From an uncultured delta proteobacterium (GTDB lineage Bacteria > Myxococcota_A > Polyangia > Polyangiales > Polyangiaceae), in contig CAWDXG010000004.1 in assembly GCA_963806225.1 (NCBI GenBank), positions 4,992,001-5,056,000 on the forward strand: 64,000 nucleotides of DNA, written 5' to 3'. Below the pieces are notes generated by a model. That model ran no database searches, was not told the origin of the DNA, and was given only the letters and a program-made list of their open reading frames with translations. This document shows positions 28,898-39,274 of this stretch, piece after piece. The position numbers were made by a program, and so were the translations under genes. How positions within the stretch are numbered: the first letter of the stretch is position 1; each line of letters starts with the position of its first letter.

Positions 28898-29623
28898 TCA
28901 ATCCACGATGAACCACTTTACGCCGTGGGTGACTTCCAGGTGAAAGTGGTTGTGGTGGGGCTTGTTGTAGTCCGGCGTCAGGATGACGTTGAAGAGATGC
29001 TGGTCGGCGGCTTCGCAAACGATGGAGTGCAGCTCGCGCGATTCGGGCGTGGCGGGTTTCGGCTGGCTCGCATCGGGCCCGCAGGTCTTGTTGCCGATGC
29101 GACCGTGGAAGTCGTGGAGCACGACCAGCTCCTTGCCGGACTTCTTCTTGAACAGCCGCATGTCGACGGCCAGGCCGCCGGGGTGGCGCTTGGCGATCTT
29201 GCCCTTCGGCCAGTGCTTCGACGGCGGGCGCCAGCCCGAGAAAATGCGCACCTCGTCGATATCGTGCGCACGCAGGATGTGGCTGAAGTCGTCCATCGCC
29301 AGCACCAGCCGGCAGTCGAAGATCTCGTAGGGAACCGTGGGGCGTTTCTGCGCCGGGTAGTCCGTCCGGTACAGCACGCCGCCGAGCTTGCCCTTCAGCC
29401 GCACGGGGACCAGCACGCCGGGTGCGTGCTTGACGCGGCGGTAGGCGATGTGGCGGTGGCGGAGTTCCTTCAGGCAGCTGTGCGGCGTCATCCGCGCGTA
29501 GCGGCAGGCGGGCGTGCGACGGGCGCCGGGCAGGAAGCGGGCGAGGCTCTTGTCGGCCCGCGCGGAGGCGGGGGCGAGGAGCAGGGCCGTTGCCGCTGCG
29601 AGCCACAAGGATCGAGCGCGCAT
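28898..29623 (-). CDS. Extensin-like C-terminal family secreted protein (peptidase M15-like fold)
   Basis: Signal peptide; DCRL, RHPGGLAVD and LTPDYNKPHHNHFHLE. Confidence 0.8.
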   Translation of the reverse strand: MRARSLWLAAATALLLAPASARADKSLARFLPGARRTPACRYARMTPHSCLKELRHRHIAYRRVKHAPGVLVPVRLKGKLGGVLYRTDYPAQKRPTVPYEIFDCRLVLAMDDFSHILRAHDIDEVRIFSGWRPPSKHWPKGKIAKRHPGGLAVDMRLFKKKSGKELVVLHDFHGRIGNKTCGPDASQPKPATPESRELHSIVCEAADQHLFNVILTPDYNKPHHNHFHLEVTHGVKWFIVD

Positions 29624-29746
29624 CGTCTCCCGGCTAGCGCACGCGGCGCCCGGAGGCAAAGTCCGCGGCTCTCGCGGGACGCGCCGAGCCCCTGGGTCGG
29701 CCGGGCGGATTTGACGCGGTAGCCAGCCCGACCCCAGAATTAGCTA

Positions 29747-30817
29747 GTGAGCACGAACCTCACCAAGCGCGGCCGCTCTGTCCTGTACGCGGTCGTCAAC
29801 GAGTTCATCGCCACCGGCGAGCCGGTGGGCAGCCGCACGCTGGCGAAGAAATACGGCTTCGATCTGTCAGCGGCGACCATCCGCAACGTGCTCGCGGACC
29901 TGGAGGACGCGGGGTACCTGACCCAGCCGCACACCTCGGCCGGTCGCGTGCCTACCGAAAAGGCCTTCCGCCTGTTTATCGACGCGCTTATGCGGGTGCG
30001 CCAGCTGTCGGCAGAAGAGGCCACGAAGATCGCGGAGTGGTTCGAGGATCTCCGGCCTGGGGCCGACCTGCTGCGCGAGACGGGACGGCTGCTTTCGGAT
30101 CTGACCGGAGCGGCGGCGGTGCTGGTACGGCCGCGCGTCGAGACGCGCACGCTCATGAAGGTGCGCTTCATCCCCACGCGGCCCGGAGAGCTCCTGAGCG
30201 TGATCGTGCTGTCGGACGGTACGGTCGAAAATCGCTTCCTCAAAGTCGACACGCCGCTCGGCGAGAGCGACCTGGTGCGGCTGCACAACATGCTGGAGGA
30301 GGTCATCGAGGGGCGCACGCTGGGTGCGGTGCGCGACTTCTTCGCGCGCGCGGCCGACGAGCATCGCGGCGAGCTCGAGGCGCTGCGCGAGCTCGGCCTG
30401 TCGCTGGTCAGCCAGGCTATCGAAGGCGCGGACCGCCGCGCGGATATCCTCATCGAAGGCCAGGCGCGGCTGTTCGAGCAGGGGTTTGCCAGCACGGAGC
30501 ACATGGGTGAGCTGCTCCGCGCGCTCGAGGATCGCGAGCGGCTCGTGTCGCTGCTCGATCGCATCCTGGCGGCGCAGCGCGTGCAGGTGTTCCTGGGCGA
30601 GGAAACGAGCGACGCCGTCGGCTACCCCGTGAGCCTGGTGGCCGCCCCCTATGCCGAGGCAGAAGGCCGGCCGGGCGGCGCCGTGGGCATCATCGGACCG
30701 ACCCGCATGGACTACGCGACGGTCGTACCGCTGGTTGGCGCGACCGCGGACGCGATGAGCGCGGCGCTTGCGCGCAGCCGCGGCGGCGCGGGCAAGCCCG
30801 GCGGCGACGGCGACTAG
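29747..30817 (+). CDS. hrcA: Heat-inducible transcription repressor HrcA
   Basis: TGEPVGSRTL, SAATIRN, QPHTSAGRVPT and IGPTRMDY; TTGACG-N18-CAGAAT with the hexamer 6 nt before GTG. Confidence 0.97.
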   Translation: MSTNLTKRGRSVLYAVVNEFIATGEPVGSRTLAKKYGFDLSAATIRNVLADLEDAGYLTQPHTSAGRVPTEKAFRLFIDALMRVRQLSAEEATKIAEWFEDLRPGADLLRETGRLLSDLTGAAAVLVRPRVETRTLMKVRFIPTRPGELLSVIVLSDGTVENRFLKVDTPLGESDLVRLHNMLEEVIEGRTLGAVRDFFARAADEHRGELEALRELGLSLVSQAIEGADRRADILIEGQARLFEQGFASTEHMGELLRALEDRERLVSLLDRILAAQRVQVFLGEETSDAVGYPVSLVAAPYAEAEGRPGGAVGIIGPTRMDYATVVPLVGATADAMSAALARSRGGAGKPGGDGD

Positions 30818-30865
30818 CCCGCGGCTCCGCTGGCCTCTCGCCGATCCGTGATACTCTGCGCCGGC

Positions 30866-32236
30866 ATGGCCACCGCGCCCCCCGACTTTCCCGGCACGAC
30901 TGCAGACAGTCCCATCGACCGGGCCCTGGCGCTCGCTCTGGCCGACGAGCTCGACGCATCGCTGCGCTGGGCGACGGCCCTGGTCAAGAGCGAGCCCGCG
31001 AGCCCCATCGCGCTGCTCATCACCTCGCGCTTGCTGGCGGCGCAGGGGCAACGCGAGATCGCGGCGGACGGCCTCGATGCCTGTGTGATCCGCGCCATCG
31101 ACACCGGCAACCTGCCGCTCGCCGTCGCGGCGTGCAGCGATCTGCGTTCGCTTGGTGCGGACAACTCGTCGCGGCTCGACGACATCGCAGCGACCTTCGC
31201 GGCCGGTTCGCCGCGGCTCCTGTCGCGCGGGGCGACGCCTCCGGAGCTCCCCGGCCAGGCGCGCGAGGATTTCCAGCCGCTTCCGGCTGTTCTGGCCGGC
31301 AAGGCGCTGCTGTCCAAGGCCCAGGAAGCGCTAGAGGAGGCCCGCCAGCTGCTCGACGACGACCTGGCGGCGCGCAAGGAGGCCCCCAAGGTGGTGCCCG
31401 AGCCGCTGTTCTCGGCTCTGGATCGCGATGCACTGAGATCGATGATCGGCATCTTCGATACGATCAGCGTCCCGAACGGCACGGTGCTGATCGAGGAGGG
31501 GACGAGCGGTGCGGAGGCGTACATCGTCGCGCGCGGCGAGCTGGAGGTGCGCCGCAAGGCGACGGACGACGACAAGGAGTCCGGCGAGATCCTGCTCGCG
31601 CATCTCGGCGCGGGCGCGCTGTTCGGGGAAATGGCGCTCTTGTCGCGCTCGGCCCGCGCGGCGAGCGTCGTGGCGTGCCGACCGAGCATCATCCTCGTGG
31701 CGCGCAAGGAAGCGCTGGACGAAGTGGCCGCTCGCCAGCCCCGCGTCGGCACGGAGTTCGCCGATCACTGCCGCCGGCGCATGGTCGAGAACCTGGTGCG
31801 CACGAGCACGATCCTGAGCGCAGTCAAAGCCAAGGAGCGCCCGGCGCTGGTCGAGCGCTTTGTGACGCGCACCTTCGAGGAGAGCGAGCGGTTGATCGAG
31901 CAGGGGCAGGAATCCGACGGGTTGTATCTGGTGGCGTCGGGCGAGGTCGCCGTGGTGGTGCGTGACGGCGACGAGAGCACGGTGATCGCCAAGCTCGGCG
32001 TGGGCGAGGTGGTCGGCGAGGTGGCGCTGGTCCTGCGCCGGCCCTCGAACGCGGACGTGATCGCCACCAATCCCACGGTGACGCTGCATCTGCCGCGGGA
32101 TCGCTTCCTCGACTTGATCAAGCAGCACCCCGCCATCCTCGCCCAGCTCTACGAGCTTGCCGTCAAGCGCGACGAGGAAACGTCCAGCATCGTGGCCCAG
32201 GAAGCTACCGACGCGAACGACTACGTGCTGATCTAG
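30866..32236 (+). CDS. Protein with two cyclic-nucleotide-binding domains
   Basis: LIEEG..YIVARGEL..FGEMALL..RAASV and LIEQG..YLVASGEV..GEVALV..ADV. Confidence 0.85.
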   Translation: MATAPPDFPGTTADSPIDRALALALADELDASLRWATALVKSEPASPIALLITSRLLAAQGQREIAADGLDACVIRAIDTGNLPLAVAACSDLRSLGADNSSRLDDIAATFAAGSPRLLSRGATPPELPGQAREDFQPLPAVLAGKALLSKAQEALEEARQLLDDDLAARKEAPKVVPEPLFSALDRDALRSMIGIFDTISVPNGTVLIEEGTSGAEAYIVARGELEVRRKATDDDKESGEILLAHLGAGALFGEMALLSRSARAASVVACRPSIILVARKEALDEVAARQPRVGTEFADHCRRRMVENLVRTSTILSAVKAKERPALVERFVTRTFEESERLIEQGQESDGLYLVASGEVAVVVRDGDESTVIAKLGVGEVVGEVALVLRRPSNADVIATNPTVTLHLPRDRFLDLIKQHPAILAQLYELAVKRDEETSSIVAQEATDANDYVLI

Positions 32237-32294
32237 CCGCAGGCGCCGTCGCCGTGACTTGACCCCCGTCCGGCTGGAGGCTAGAGCCCCCGCC

Positions 32295-32888
32295 ATGGTG
32301 ATGGGTTCGATCCAGCGATTTCTGGGGGCGCTTCTTGCGGTCGCCGTGGTGTCGGTCTTTGCGACCAGCGCCCACGCGCAGACCAAGGTAGCGGTAGTCG
32401 ATACGCAGCGCGCGATCATGGAGACCGAGGATGGGCTCCGCGCGCAGGCTACGCTGAAGAAGCTCTTCGACAGCCGCCAGCGGGAGCTCGACAAGAAGCA
32501 ATCCGATCTGCAGAAGCAGCGTCAGGACATCGAGAAGCAGCGCAGCGTGCTCAGCAAGGCAGCCCTGCAGAAGCGCATGGAGTCGTGGCAGCGCGACATG
32601 GTGCAGCTGCAGACGGTGTTCGTGGAGTACAACAAGGAGCTGCAGAAGAAGCAGAACGAGCTCACGCAGCCGATCTTCCAGCGCGCCATGACCATCATCC
32701 GTCGCCTCGCTTCGCAGGAAGGCTACGACGTCGTAGTGGACAAGCAGGCCGTCCCCTACGTGCGCAGCGATCTGGATCTGACCGATCGCGTGATCCAGAT
32801 GTACAACCAGGGCGGCAGCTCCTCGTCGACCGACAAGGGCAGCAAGAAGAAGCCCGCACCCAAGGCGCCGGCCAAGGGCAAGAAGTAA
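32295..32888 (+). CDS. skp: Skp/OmpH periplasmic chaperone
   Basis: Signal peptide, KVAVVD, coiled coil, GYDVVVD and DLTDRVI; TTGACC-N17-TAGAGC upstream. Confidence 0.92.
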   Translation: MVMGSIQRFLGALLAVAVVSVFATSAHAQTKVAVVDTQRAIMETEDGLRAQATLKKLFDSRQRELDKKQSDLQKQRQDIEKQRSVLSKAALQKRMESWQRDMVQLQTVFVEYNKELQKKQNELTQPIFQRAMTIIRRLASQEGYDVVVDKQAVPYVRSDLDLTDRVIQMYNQGGSSSSTDKGSKKKPAPKAPAKGKK

Positions 32889-32903
32889 CGCCTGCGAGGC
32901 GCC

Positions 32904-33869
32904 ATGACGGCTCCGGACCCGGGCCCCGCGCGACGCGGGATCGCGCTTCCGGAGCCGGAGCGGGTTGCGGATCTGGTCGAGCGCCTGGGGGGTGATGTCG
33001 ATCCCGGCGCGGCCGGCACGTGCATAGAGCGCATCGTCACGCCGGGGCAGGCGTCGGCGGCGGAGGAGCTCGTCGTGCTGAGCTCGGCGCGCCAGAGCGC
33101 TGCGGCGGCTCGGGCACCCGGCGTGGTGCTGTGCCGGAGCGATCTCGCCGCGCGGGTTCCGGCGGGGCGGCGCTGGCTGCACCCGCAGCCGATGTGGGTG
33201 GTCGCCGCGCTGCTGTCGTCGCTGTCCGGGCCGGATGCGATCAGCGGCCGGCACGAGACGGCTCGCGTGGAGCCCGGAGCGGAGCTCGCTCCGGATGTCG
33301 AGCTGGGCGCCGGAGCCGTGGTGCGCGCGGGCGCGCGCATTGGTCGTGGATCGCGCATTGGCGAAAATGCCGTGATCTACGGGCGCGTGGAGATCGGACA
33401 GCGTGTGGTGGTCGGTGCGCTTGCCGTGATCGGCCGCTCCGGTTTCGGCTGGGTCGAGGGTCCCGACGGCCTGGTGCGCGTGCCGCAGCTCGGAGGCGTC
33501 GTGATCGAGGACGACGCCGAAGTCGGGGCGCTCTGCAGCGTCGATTCGGGCACGCTCGGCCCGACCCGGGTCGGCCGCGGCGCTCGCCTCGACGCGCAGG
33601 TCCACGTCGGTCACAACGTGCGCATCGGCGCGGGCAGCCTGGTGGCGGCGCAATCGGGCTTCGCCGGCTCGGCGGACATCGGCGAGGGCGTGCTCGTCGG
33701 GGGCCAGGCGGGAGTCGCCGATCACGCGCGGATTGGCGCGGGCGCGCGCATTGCCGCCAAGAGCGGCGTGATCGGGGATGTACCGGCCGGGGCCGTCGTG
33801 GCAGGCTTCCCGGCGGTGTCGCGGGCACGCTGGATCCGTGCGATGGCCCGCGTGCTCAGGAAGGCGTGA
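32904..33869 (+). CDS. lpxD: UDP-3-O-acyl-glucosamine N-acyltransferase
   Basis: Hexapeptide repeats; [22 protein letters not shown] and [10 protein letters not shown]-terminal domain diverged. Confidence 0.88.
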   Translation: MTAPDPGPARRGIALPEPERVADLVERLGGDVDPGAAGTCIERIVTPGQASAAEELVVLSSARQSAAAARAPGVVLCRSDLAARVPAGRRWLHPQPMWVVAALLSSLSGPDAISGRHETARVEPGAELAPDVELGAGAVVRAGARIGRGSRIGENAVIYGRVEIGQRVVVGALAVIGRSGFGWVEGPDGLVRVPQLGGVVIEDDAEVGALCSVDSGTLGPTRVGRGARLDAQVHVGHNVRIGAGSLVAAQSGFAGSADIGEGVLVGGQAGVADHARIGAGARIAAKSGVIGDVPAGAVVAGFPAVSRARWIRAMARVLRKA

Positions 33870-33879
33870 GTGGACGACA

Positions 33880-34344
33880 ATGAACGCCCGCGGCAAGAGC
33901 GTGAAGATCGAGATTCCGAAGATCCTCGAGATCCTCCCGCACCGTTATCCGTTCGTGCTGGTCGATCGGGTTACCGAGATCGTGCCGGGCGAGCTCATCC
34001 GCGGCCACAAGATGGTCAGCTACAACGAGCCCTGGTGCCAGGGCCACTTCCCGGGCCATCCCATCATGCCGGGCGTGCTCATCATCGAGGCGCTTGCGCA
34101 GATTGGAGGGATCCTCGCGTACGCGTCGGATCCCTTCGATTCCAGTTCGAGCCTGATGTACTTCCTGGGTATCGACAAGGCGAAGTTCCGCAACACGGTC
34201 ACGCCGGGCGATCGTCTCGACCTCGAAGTCCGGGTGCTCCACCACCGCTCGAACGTGTGGAAGCTCAAGGGGGAGGCCACCGTCGACGGTACGCTGTGCG
34301 CGAGCGGCGAGCTGCTCGCGTCGATCGTCGACCGCGAGACCTGA
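33880..34344 (+). CDS. fabZ: 3-hydroxyacyl-ACP dehydratase
   Basis: LPHRYPFVLVDR and GHFPGHPIMPGVLIIEALAQ. Confidence 0.97.
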   Translation: MNARGKSVKIEIPKILEILPHRYPFVLVDRVTEIVPGELIRGHKMVSYNEPWCQGHFPGHPIMPGVLIIEALAQIGGILAYASDPFDSSSSLMYFLGIDKAKFRNTVTPGDRLDLEVRVLHHRSNVWKLKGEATVDGTLCASGELLASIVDRET

Positions 34345-34345
34345 C

Positions 34346-35107
34346 GTGGCGACGGTACATCCGACGGCCGTGGTCGAGCCGGGCGCTGTGCTCGCGGAGG
34401 GCGTGAGTGTTGGCCCCCTGTGTTTCGTGGGGGCCGGCGTGGAGCTGGGCGAGGGGACCGAGCTCGTGGCCCAGGCGACCGTGCTGGGCCCTGCGCGGCT
34501 GGGGCGGCACAACCGCATCTTCCCGCACGCCACACTGGGCGCTCCGCCGCAGGATCGTTCCTTCGACGGCGAGGCGACGCGGCTCGAGATCGGCGACGAC
34601 AACGTGTTCCGCGAGCAGGCGACGGTTCACCGCGGCACCGCCAAGGGCGGCGGGGTGACGCACATCGGTTCGCGCTGTTTGTTCATGGTCGGTGCCCACG
34701 TGGCGCACGACTGCCGCGTGGGCGACGACGCGGTGCTGACGAACGTGGCGACGCTGGGCGGACACGTGGAGGTCCAGCCGAACGCGGTCCTGGGCGGGCT
34801 CGTCGCGGTGGCGCCCTTCGTGCGGCTGGGGCGCGCGTGCTTCATTGCGGGCGGCGCGAAGGTCGAGCGCGACGTGCCGCCTTTCACCATCGCCGCGGGC
34901 GACCGCGCGCGCGTGCGCGGACTGAATCGCGTGGGTCTTTCGCGGGCTGGCGTGCCCGATAGCTCGCAGCAGGCACTGCGCCGCGCCTACCGGATCATCT
35001 GGCGCTCCGGTGAGCCGCTGGTACGCGGCATCGCGGCGGCCCGCGCCGAGCTCGGCGATGATGCTTTCGTCGCGGAGCTCTGTGCGTTCCTCGACGAGCG
35101 GCGCTGA
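34346..35107 (+). CDS. lpxA: Acyl-ACP--UDP-N-acetylglucosamine O-acyltransferase
   Basis: VHPTAVV, PQD, VHRGT, HVAHDC, LGGHV, DVPPF and GLNRVGL. Confidence 0.95.
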   Translation: MATVHPTAVVEPGAVLAEGVSVGPLCFVGAGVELGEGTELVAQATVLGPARLGRHNRIFPHATLGAPPQDRSFDGEATRLEIGDDNVFREQATVHRGTAKGGGVTHIGSRCLFMVGAHVAHDCRVGDDAVLTNVATLGGHVEVQPNAVLGGLVAVAPFVRLGRACFIAGGAKVERDVPPFTIAAGDRARVRGLNRVGLSRAGVPDSSQQALRRAYRIIWRSGEPLVRGIAAARAELGDDAFVAELCAFLDERR

Positions 35108-35119
35108 GCGTTTGGCGCG

Positions 35120-36232
35120 TCAGTAGCAGTAGCCGATCTCGGTCGGACCGGCGTACTCGGGATTCACGAAGGAATAGCAGGTGTAGAGCGGCGGGCAGTC
35201 GTTCATGCCCACGCGGCAGAACTGGTAGCAGTCGTTGAACAAGCCGTCGTTCAGGCACACGTAGCCCGCCGCGCACTGCGTCTGATCGGGATTGTAGTTG
35301 GGGTCGTCGCAGTATCCGCCCTGCGTGCCGCTGCCCGTCGGCCCGAGACAGCCGCTGGCGCCGCTGGTGCTCGGGAAGCAGTTGATGTTCGGACCGCAGG
35401 CGCCGTAGGGCCCGCTGGACGTGCCAGGGCTGACCGGATTGCACGTGTGCGTGCACGTGTACAGCCCGGGAATGGGATTGCCGCCGGACGAGATGCCGCC
35501 GCACTCGGAGTACTGATCCGGGCACGCTGCGCCGGAAGGATCGCACATCAGCGAGCAGTTGCCGTCGACGCAGGTGTAGCCCGCCTGGCACTGCCCGCTG
35601 CCGCTGCCGGTGCAGGCGTAGTTGGCCGGAGTGTTGCCCGTCGCGACGCAGCTCGTCGCGCCCGTCGAGTAGTTCGTCACCATGCAGTTTTCGCCAGGGC
35701 AGCCGCATTGCGGAGCCGTGTCGCAGCTGCCCACGCCGGCCGGCGGAGTACATCCGGCGCCGCCGGCGCCGCCGGTTCCGCCGGTTCCACTGGTTCCGCT
35801 GGTTCCGCCGGTTCCGCTGGTTCCGCCGGTTCCGCTGGTTCCGCTGGTTCCGCCGGTTCCGCTGGTTCCGCCGGTTCCGCTGGTTCCGCCGGTTCCGCTG
35901 GTTCCGCCGGTTCCGCCGGTTCCGCCGGTTCCGCTGGTGCCGCTGGTTCCGCCGGTTCCGCTGGTTCCGCCGGTTCCGCTGGTTCCGCCGGTTCCGCCGG
36001 TTCCGCCGGTTCCGCTGGTTCCGCCGGTTCCGCCGGTTCCGCCGGTTCCGCCGGTTCCGCTGGTGCCGCTGGTTCCCGAGCCACCCGTCGCGCCGGAGCC
36101 ACCCGCGGCGCTACCGCCGCTCGCGCCGGACCCCCCCGTGCCGTAGTCGGGAGACGTGACGCCCTGCGACTGCGCGCACGCCACCGCCGTCACCAGCACG
36201 GCGAGATTGGCGGCAACACGGATTGGCTTCAC
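35120..36232 (-). CDS. Lipoprotein with long Gly/Thr/Ser repeat and Cys-rich C-terminus
   Basis: Lipobox AVAC; about 100 aa of GTG/GTS triplets; many Cys in the C-terminal half. Confidence 0.8.
   Translation of the reverse strand: MKPIRVAANLAVLVTAVACAQSQGVTSPDYGTGGSGASGGSAAGGSGATGGSGTSGTSGTGGTGGTGGTGGTSGTGGTGGTGGTSGTGGTSGTGGTSGTSGTGGTGGTGGTSGTGGTSGTGGTSGTGGTSGTSGTGGTSGTGGTSGTSGTGGTGGAGGAGCTPPAGVGSCDTAPQCGCPGENCMVTNYSTGATSCVATGNTPANYACTGSGSGQCQAGYTCVDGNCSLMCDPSGAACPDQYSECGGISSGGNPIPGLYTCTHTCNPVSPGTSSGPYGACGPNINCFPSTSGASGCLGPTGSGTQGGYCDDPNYNPDQTQCAAGYVCLNDGLFNDCYQFCRVGMNDCPPLYTCYSFVNPEYAGPTEIGYCY
35771..36076. repeat. 9-nt coding tandem repeat (GCC/GCT GGT TCC)n
   Basis: About 34 near-identical 9-mers encoding GTG/GTS on the minus strand. 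Confidence 0.95.
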
Positions 36233-36247
36233 GCTGGCCCCCTACGG

Positions 36248-39161
36248 CTACTTGGTGTCGAACAGATCGTCGAACACGCGATCGAACTCGTCGTCGTCGT
36301 TGACCGCTCTCGCGGCGGCAGGCGCGGGCGCCTGATCGGGCTCCAGCGCTGCGATGCGGTCCTTCACGTCCCTGTAGCCTGGATCGCGGCGAGCGATCTT
36401 CTTGAAGTAGTAGATCGCTTCCTCGTCGCTATTCTTCATCTCGTAGACGTTGCCGAGATCGTAGTACAGGCTCATCTCCTGCTCGACGGTCTTGACCTTC
36501 GCGTCGAGCCCACGAATGTACGCTTCAGCAGCCTTGTCGAGCGCGTTCTGCTCGAGATGGATCATGCCGACCATTGCGAAGCACATGCATTCGCGCGTGG
36601 AGTCGCGCGCTGCCAGCTCGAACTCGTTGACGGCGTCGGCAAGCAGGCCCATCTCCTTGTAGGCCACGCCCAGGTCGTAGTGCGTCGAGCTGTCGCTCTC
36701 GGACACCTGTGCCCGGACGCCCTCCTTGAACTTGGCGAACACCTGGTCGACGTCGACCTCCTGTTCGGCGTTCGCGAAGGACCGGGCTTCCGGTTGGATG
36801 TTGCTGACCTCGAGGTCGTCGAGCGCGTCCAGCGCGTCGAGTGATGCCGCGATGTCGAATGCGTGATCTTCCTCCACCGGTTCGCTGGTCGTCGCACCGA
36901 GCTGCGAGCGTTCGATGGTGCGACTCTCGCCCGCGCCCGCGAGCGCTTGCTCCACGTCCTGCAGGCGCTCAAGCACGAGCGGATGTTTCGGCGTGCGCGA
37001 AAGCTGGTCGGTGAGGATTGCTTTCGCGTCGTCGTACAGGCCGCGGGAGGCAAAGAAGTCCGCCTCTTCCAGCACCTCCTCGATGGCTTCGCTCGGTTCC
37101 GGGCCAGCGGCGGGGATCTCGGTATCGGGCGCGCTGCCGAGCGTGTGAGCGGTGTAGTCCGTGCCGGCAGCTGCGCTCGGGCCCGCGTCGGCGTACTCCG
37201 GCTCGATGTACTCGGGTTCGGCGTACTCGGGTTCGGCGTACTCGGGTTCGGCGTACTCGGGTTCGGCGTCCTCGGGCTCGATGTAGTCGGGTTCGACGTA
37301 CTCGGGCTCGGCGAAGGCGGGCTCGGCGAAGGCGGGCTCGCCGTGCAGCGTGGTCCCCTCTTCGTCGCGCTCGAAAGACGGAAGCGGACCGCTGTCTGTG
37401 GCTTCCGGCTCGTCGAGCCCGGCCATCAGATCGTCCTCTTCCCCTCCCAGTGGGAAGCTGGGCAGCGGGCCTTCCTCGCCAAACGGCGCATCCAGCGCTG
37501 CGGTCGCGAACGGATCGTCGGGCTCCGGCTGCGCGATGTCGTCGGGGCGCTGCCGCTCCTGCTCGGGATGGCCGGCGGCGAGCGCCTGGGAAGGCCCGAC
37601 TTCTTCGAGGTCGTAGGACGGCAGTGGGGCGCTCGGGTCGTAGCCCTGCCGCGGGTAGCCTGCCTCTTCGAAGGCCCGCGCTTGCGCAGCGTGTCCGGCG
37701 TGGCCGTTCGAGAGCTGTTCGAGCATCTCCAGCGCCGCAGGATGTTCGGGCTCCATGTCGAGCACGTCGTACAGGAGCATCTCGGCGCGTTCGCCGTCTC
37801 CGATATCGAGAAGCATCGCCGCCAGAGTGATGCCTTCGCCGATGGCGCCGTCGCGGTCGCCCGCCTCGGAGAGGATTTCCCGGAGCTTTTCCCGGATGTC
37901 GATCGAGCCGGGATCGATCTCGAGCGCGATGCGCAGGGTTTCGATCGCCTTGGAGTAGAGGCGTAGCTTGCGGAACGATTCCGCGTCGATGACGGCCTTG
38001 CGGGCGTGGCCTTCCGCGTCGAAGGACTCGACGCTGCCGTACTCCTCCGCCCCCTCGAATCCTTCGTCGACGACGACCTCCGGACCGCTCGTCATCGGTG
38101 CGCGCGCTGCCTGATGCTGCAGCTCGAACGGCGCCTCCTCGATCGTGAGCTCGGGCGCTTCCTCGATCAGCTCCACGTCGGCATCGATGCTGACCGCGCT
38201 GGTCTGGCTCTGTTGCGTCGGATGAGCTGTGGACGGCGGGAGGTTGGCGAGCGCTTCGACCTGCTCGTCGCCGGGTGCCACGCGCTGCAGGTGCTCGACG
38301 AGCTTCTCGAAGAGCTCGTCGCGCCCCTGCTCTCGCGCGATGCGCGCCATCTCCTTGTAGACCTCGATCGACTTCGTTTCCTGGCCGATCGTCGTGAACG
38401 CCTGCGCCAGGAGCTCCAGCGTCTCGAGGTTCTTCGGGTCTGCCTGGAAGCAGATCTGCAGCCGTTGCAGGGCCTGCATGCCCGCTTCCCGGTTGCTCTT
38501 CTCGAGGTAGAGCTCGGCGGCGACCTTCGCGTACTTGCGCATCCTGCCGGAAATGCAGGATGCGCTCGATCACCTTGAGCGCGTCGTCGCGACGCTGCAG
38601 CTTCAGCAGCAGCTCCGCTGCCGCCCAGAACGAGTCGATCGCCTCGTCCAGGCTCTGCACGCGGCAGCACGCTTCGGCCAGCCGGAGATGCGGCAGCGGA
38701 TTGGTCGCGTCGAGCACGACCATCTTGCGGAAGATCTCGATCGCATCCCGGTCGCGTCCCCCGCGCTGCAGCCGCGTCGCGACCTCGTCGTACGCCGCCA
38801 GCGCGTCGCTCGTGAGCCCCAGCTGGGTGTAGATGTCCGCGAGCCTGGGAACGATGTGCCCGTAGCGATCGGCAAGCTCGGGGGCATGCTTGCGGATCAG
38901 CTCGCGGATCTGCTTGTAGACCGCGATTGCCTTGAGCGCGAAGCCCTGTTCCGCGTAGTAGTGTCCGACGCGATCGTAGGTGGCAATGGCCTCGGCATAG
39001 GCCTGCATGCGTGCTTGCAGGTCGCCGATCTTCAGTAGTGTGCGAGCGTCGTTCGGGTCCCGCTGAACGATCTTCTGGTACTCCTCGATAGCCTTGTCGA
39101 AGCGGCGCTTGTCGACGTGCCGCTGCGCAGACTGGAGGATCTTCTCGCGTTCGTTGGACAC
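36248..39161 (-). CDS. SgmX-like TPR protein, +1 frameshift near 38540
   Basis: N-terminal TPRs (FDKAIEEYQKI, LKIGDL, GFALKAIAVYKQI); junction HFRQDA[c]KYAK; acidic linker; C-terminal THYDLGVAYKEMGL TPRs. Start is GTG 39161 or 39194. Confidence 0.8.
37191..37340 (-). repeat. 15-nt coding repeat (EPEYA/EPAFA-type pentapeptides)
   Basis: EPAFAEPAFAEPEYVEPDYIEPEDAEPEYAEPEYAEPEYAEPEYIEPEYA. Confidence 0.9.
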
Positions 39162-39207
39162 TTTGGGATGATCCGACCGTGGCCTGGAAGCCACTCGGAA
39201 GCGCCAA

Positions 39208-39237
39208 ATCCTACAAGATAACGGGAAGTTCCGTCAA
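39208..39237 (-). promoter_or_regulatory. Sigma70-type promoter of the TPR gene
   Basis: TTGACG-N18-TAGGAT. Confidence 0.55.
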
Positions 39238-39274
39238 GTCAAGGCGCGCCGCCGGGAGGCGCGTTCCGGCCTCG

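Noticed and set aside
35771..36076. Possible CRISPR array
   Set aside because: Contiguous 9-nt coding repeats with no unique spacers and no cas genes.
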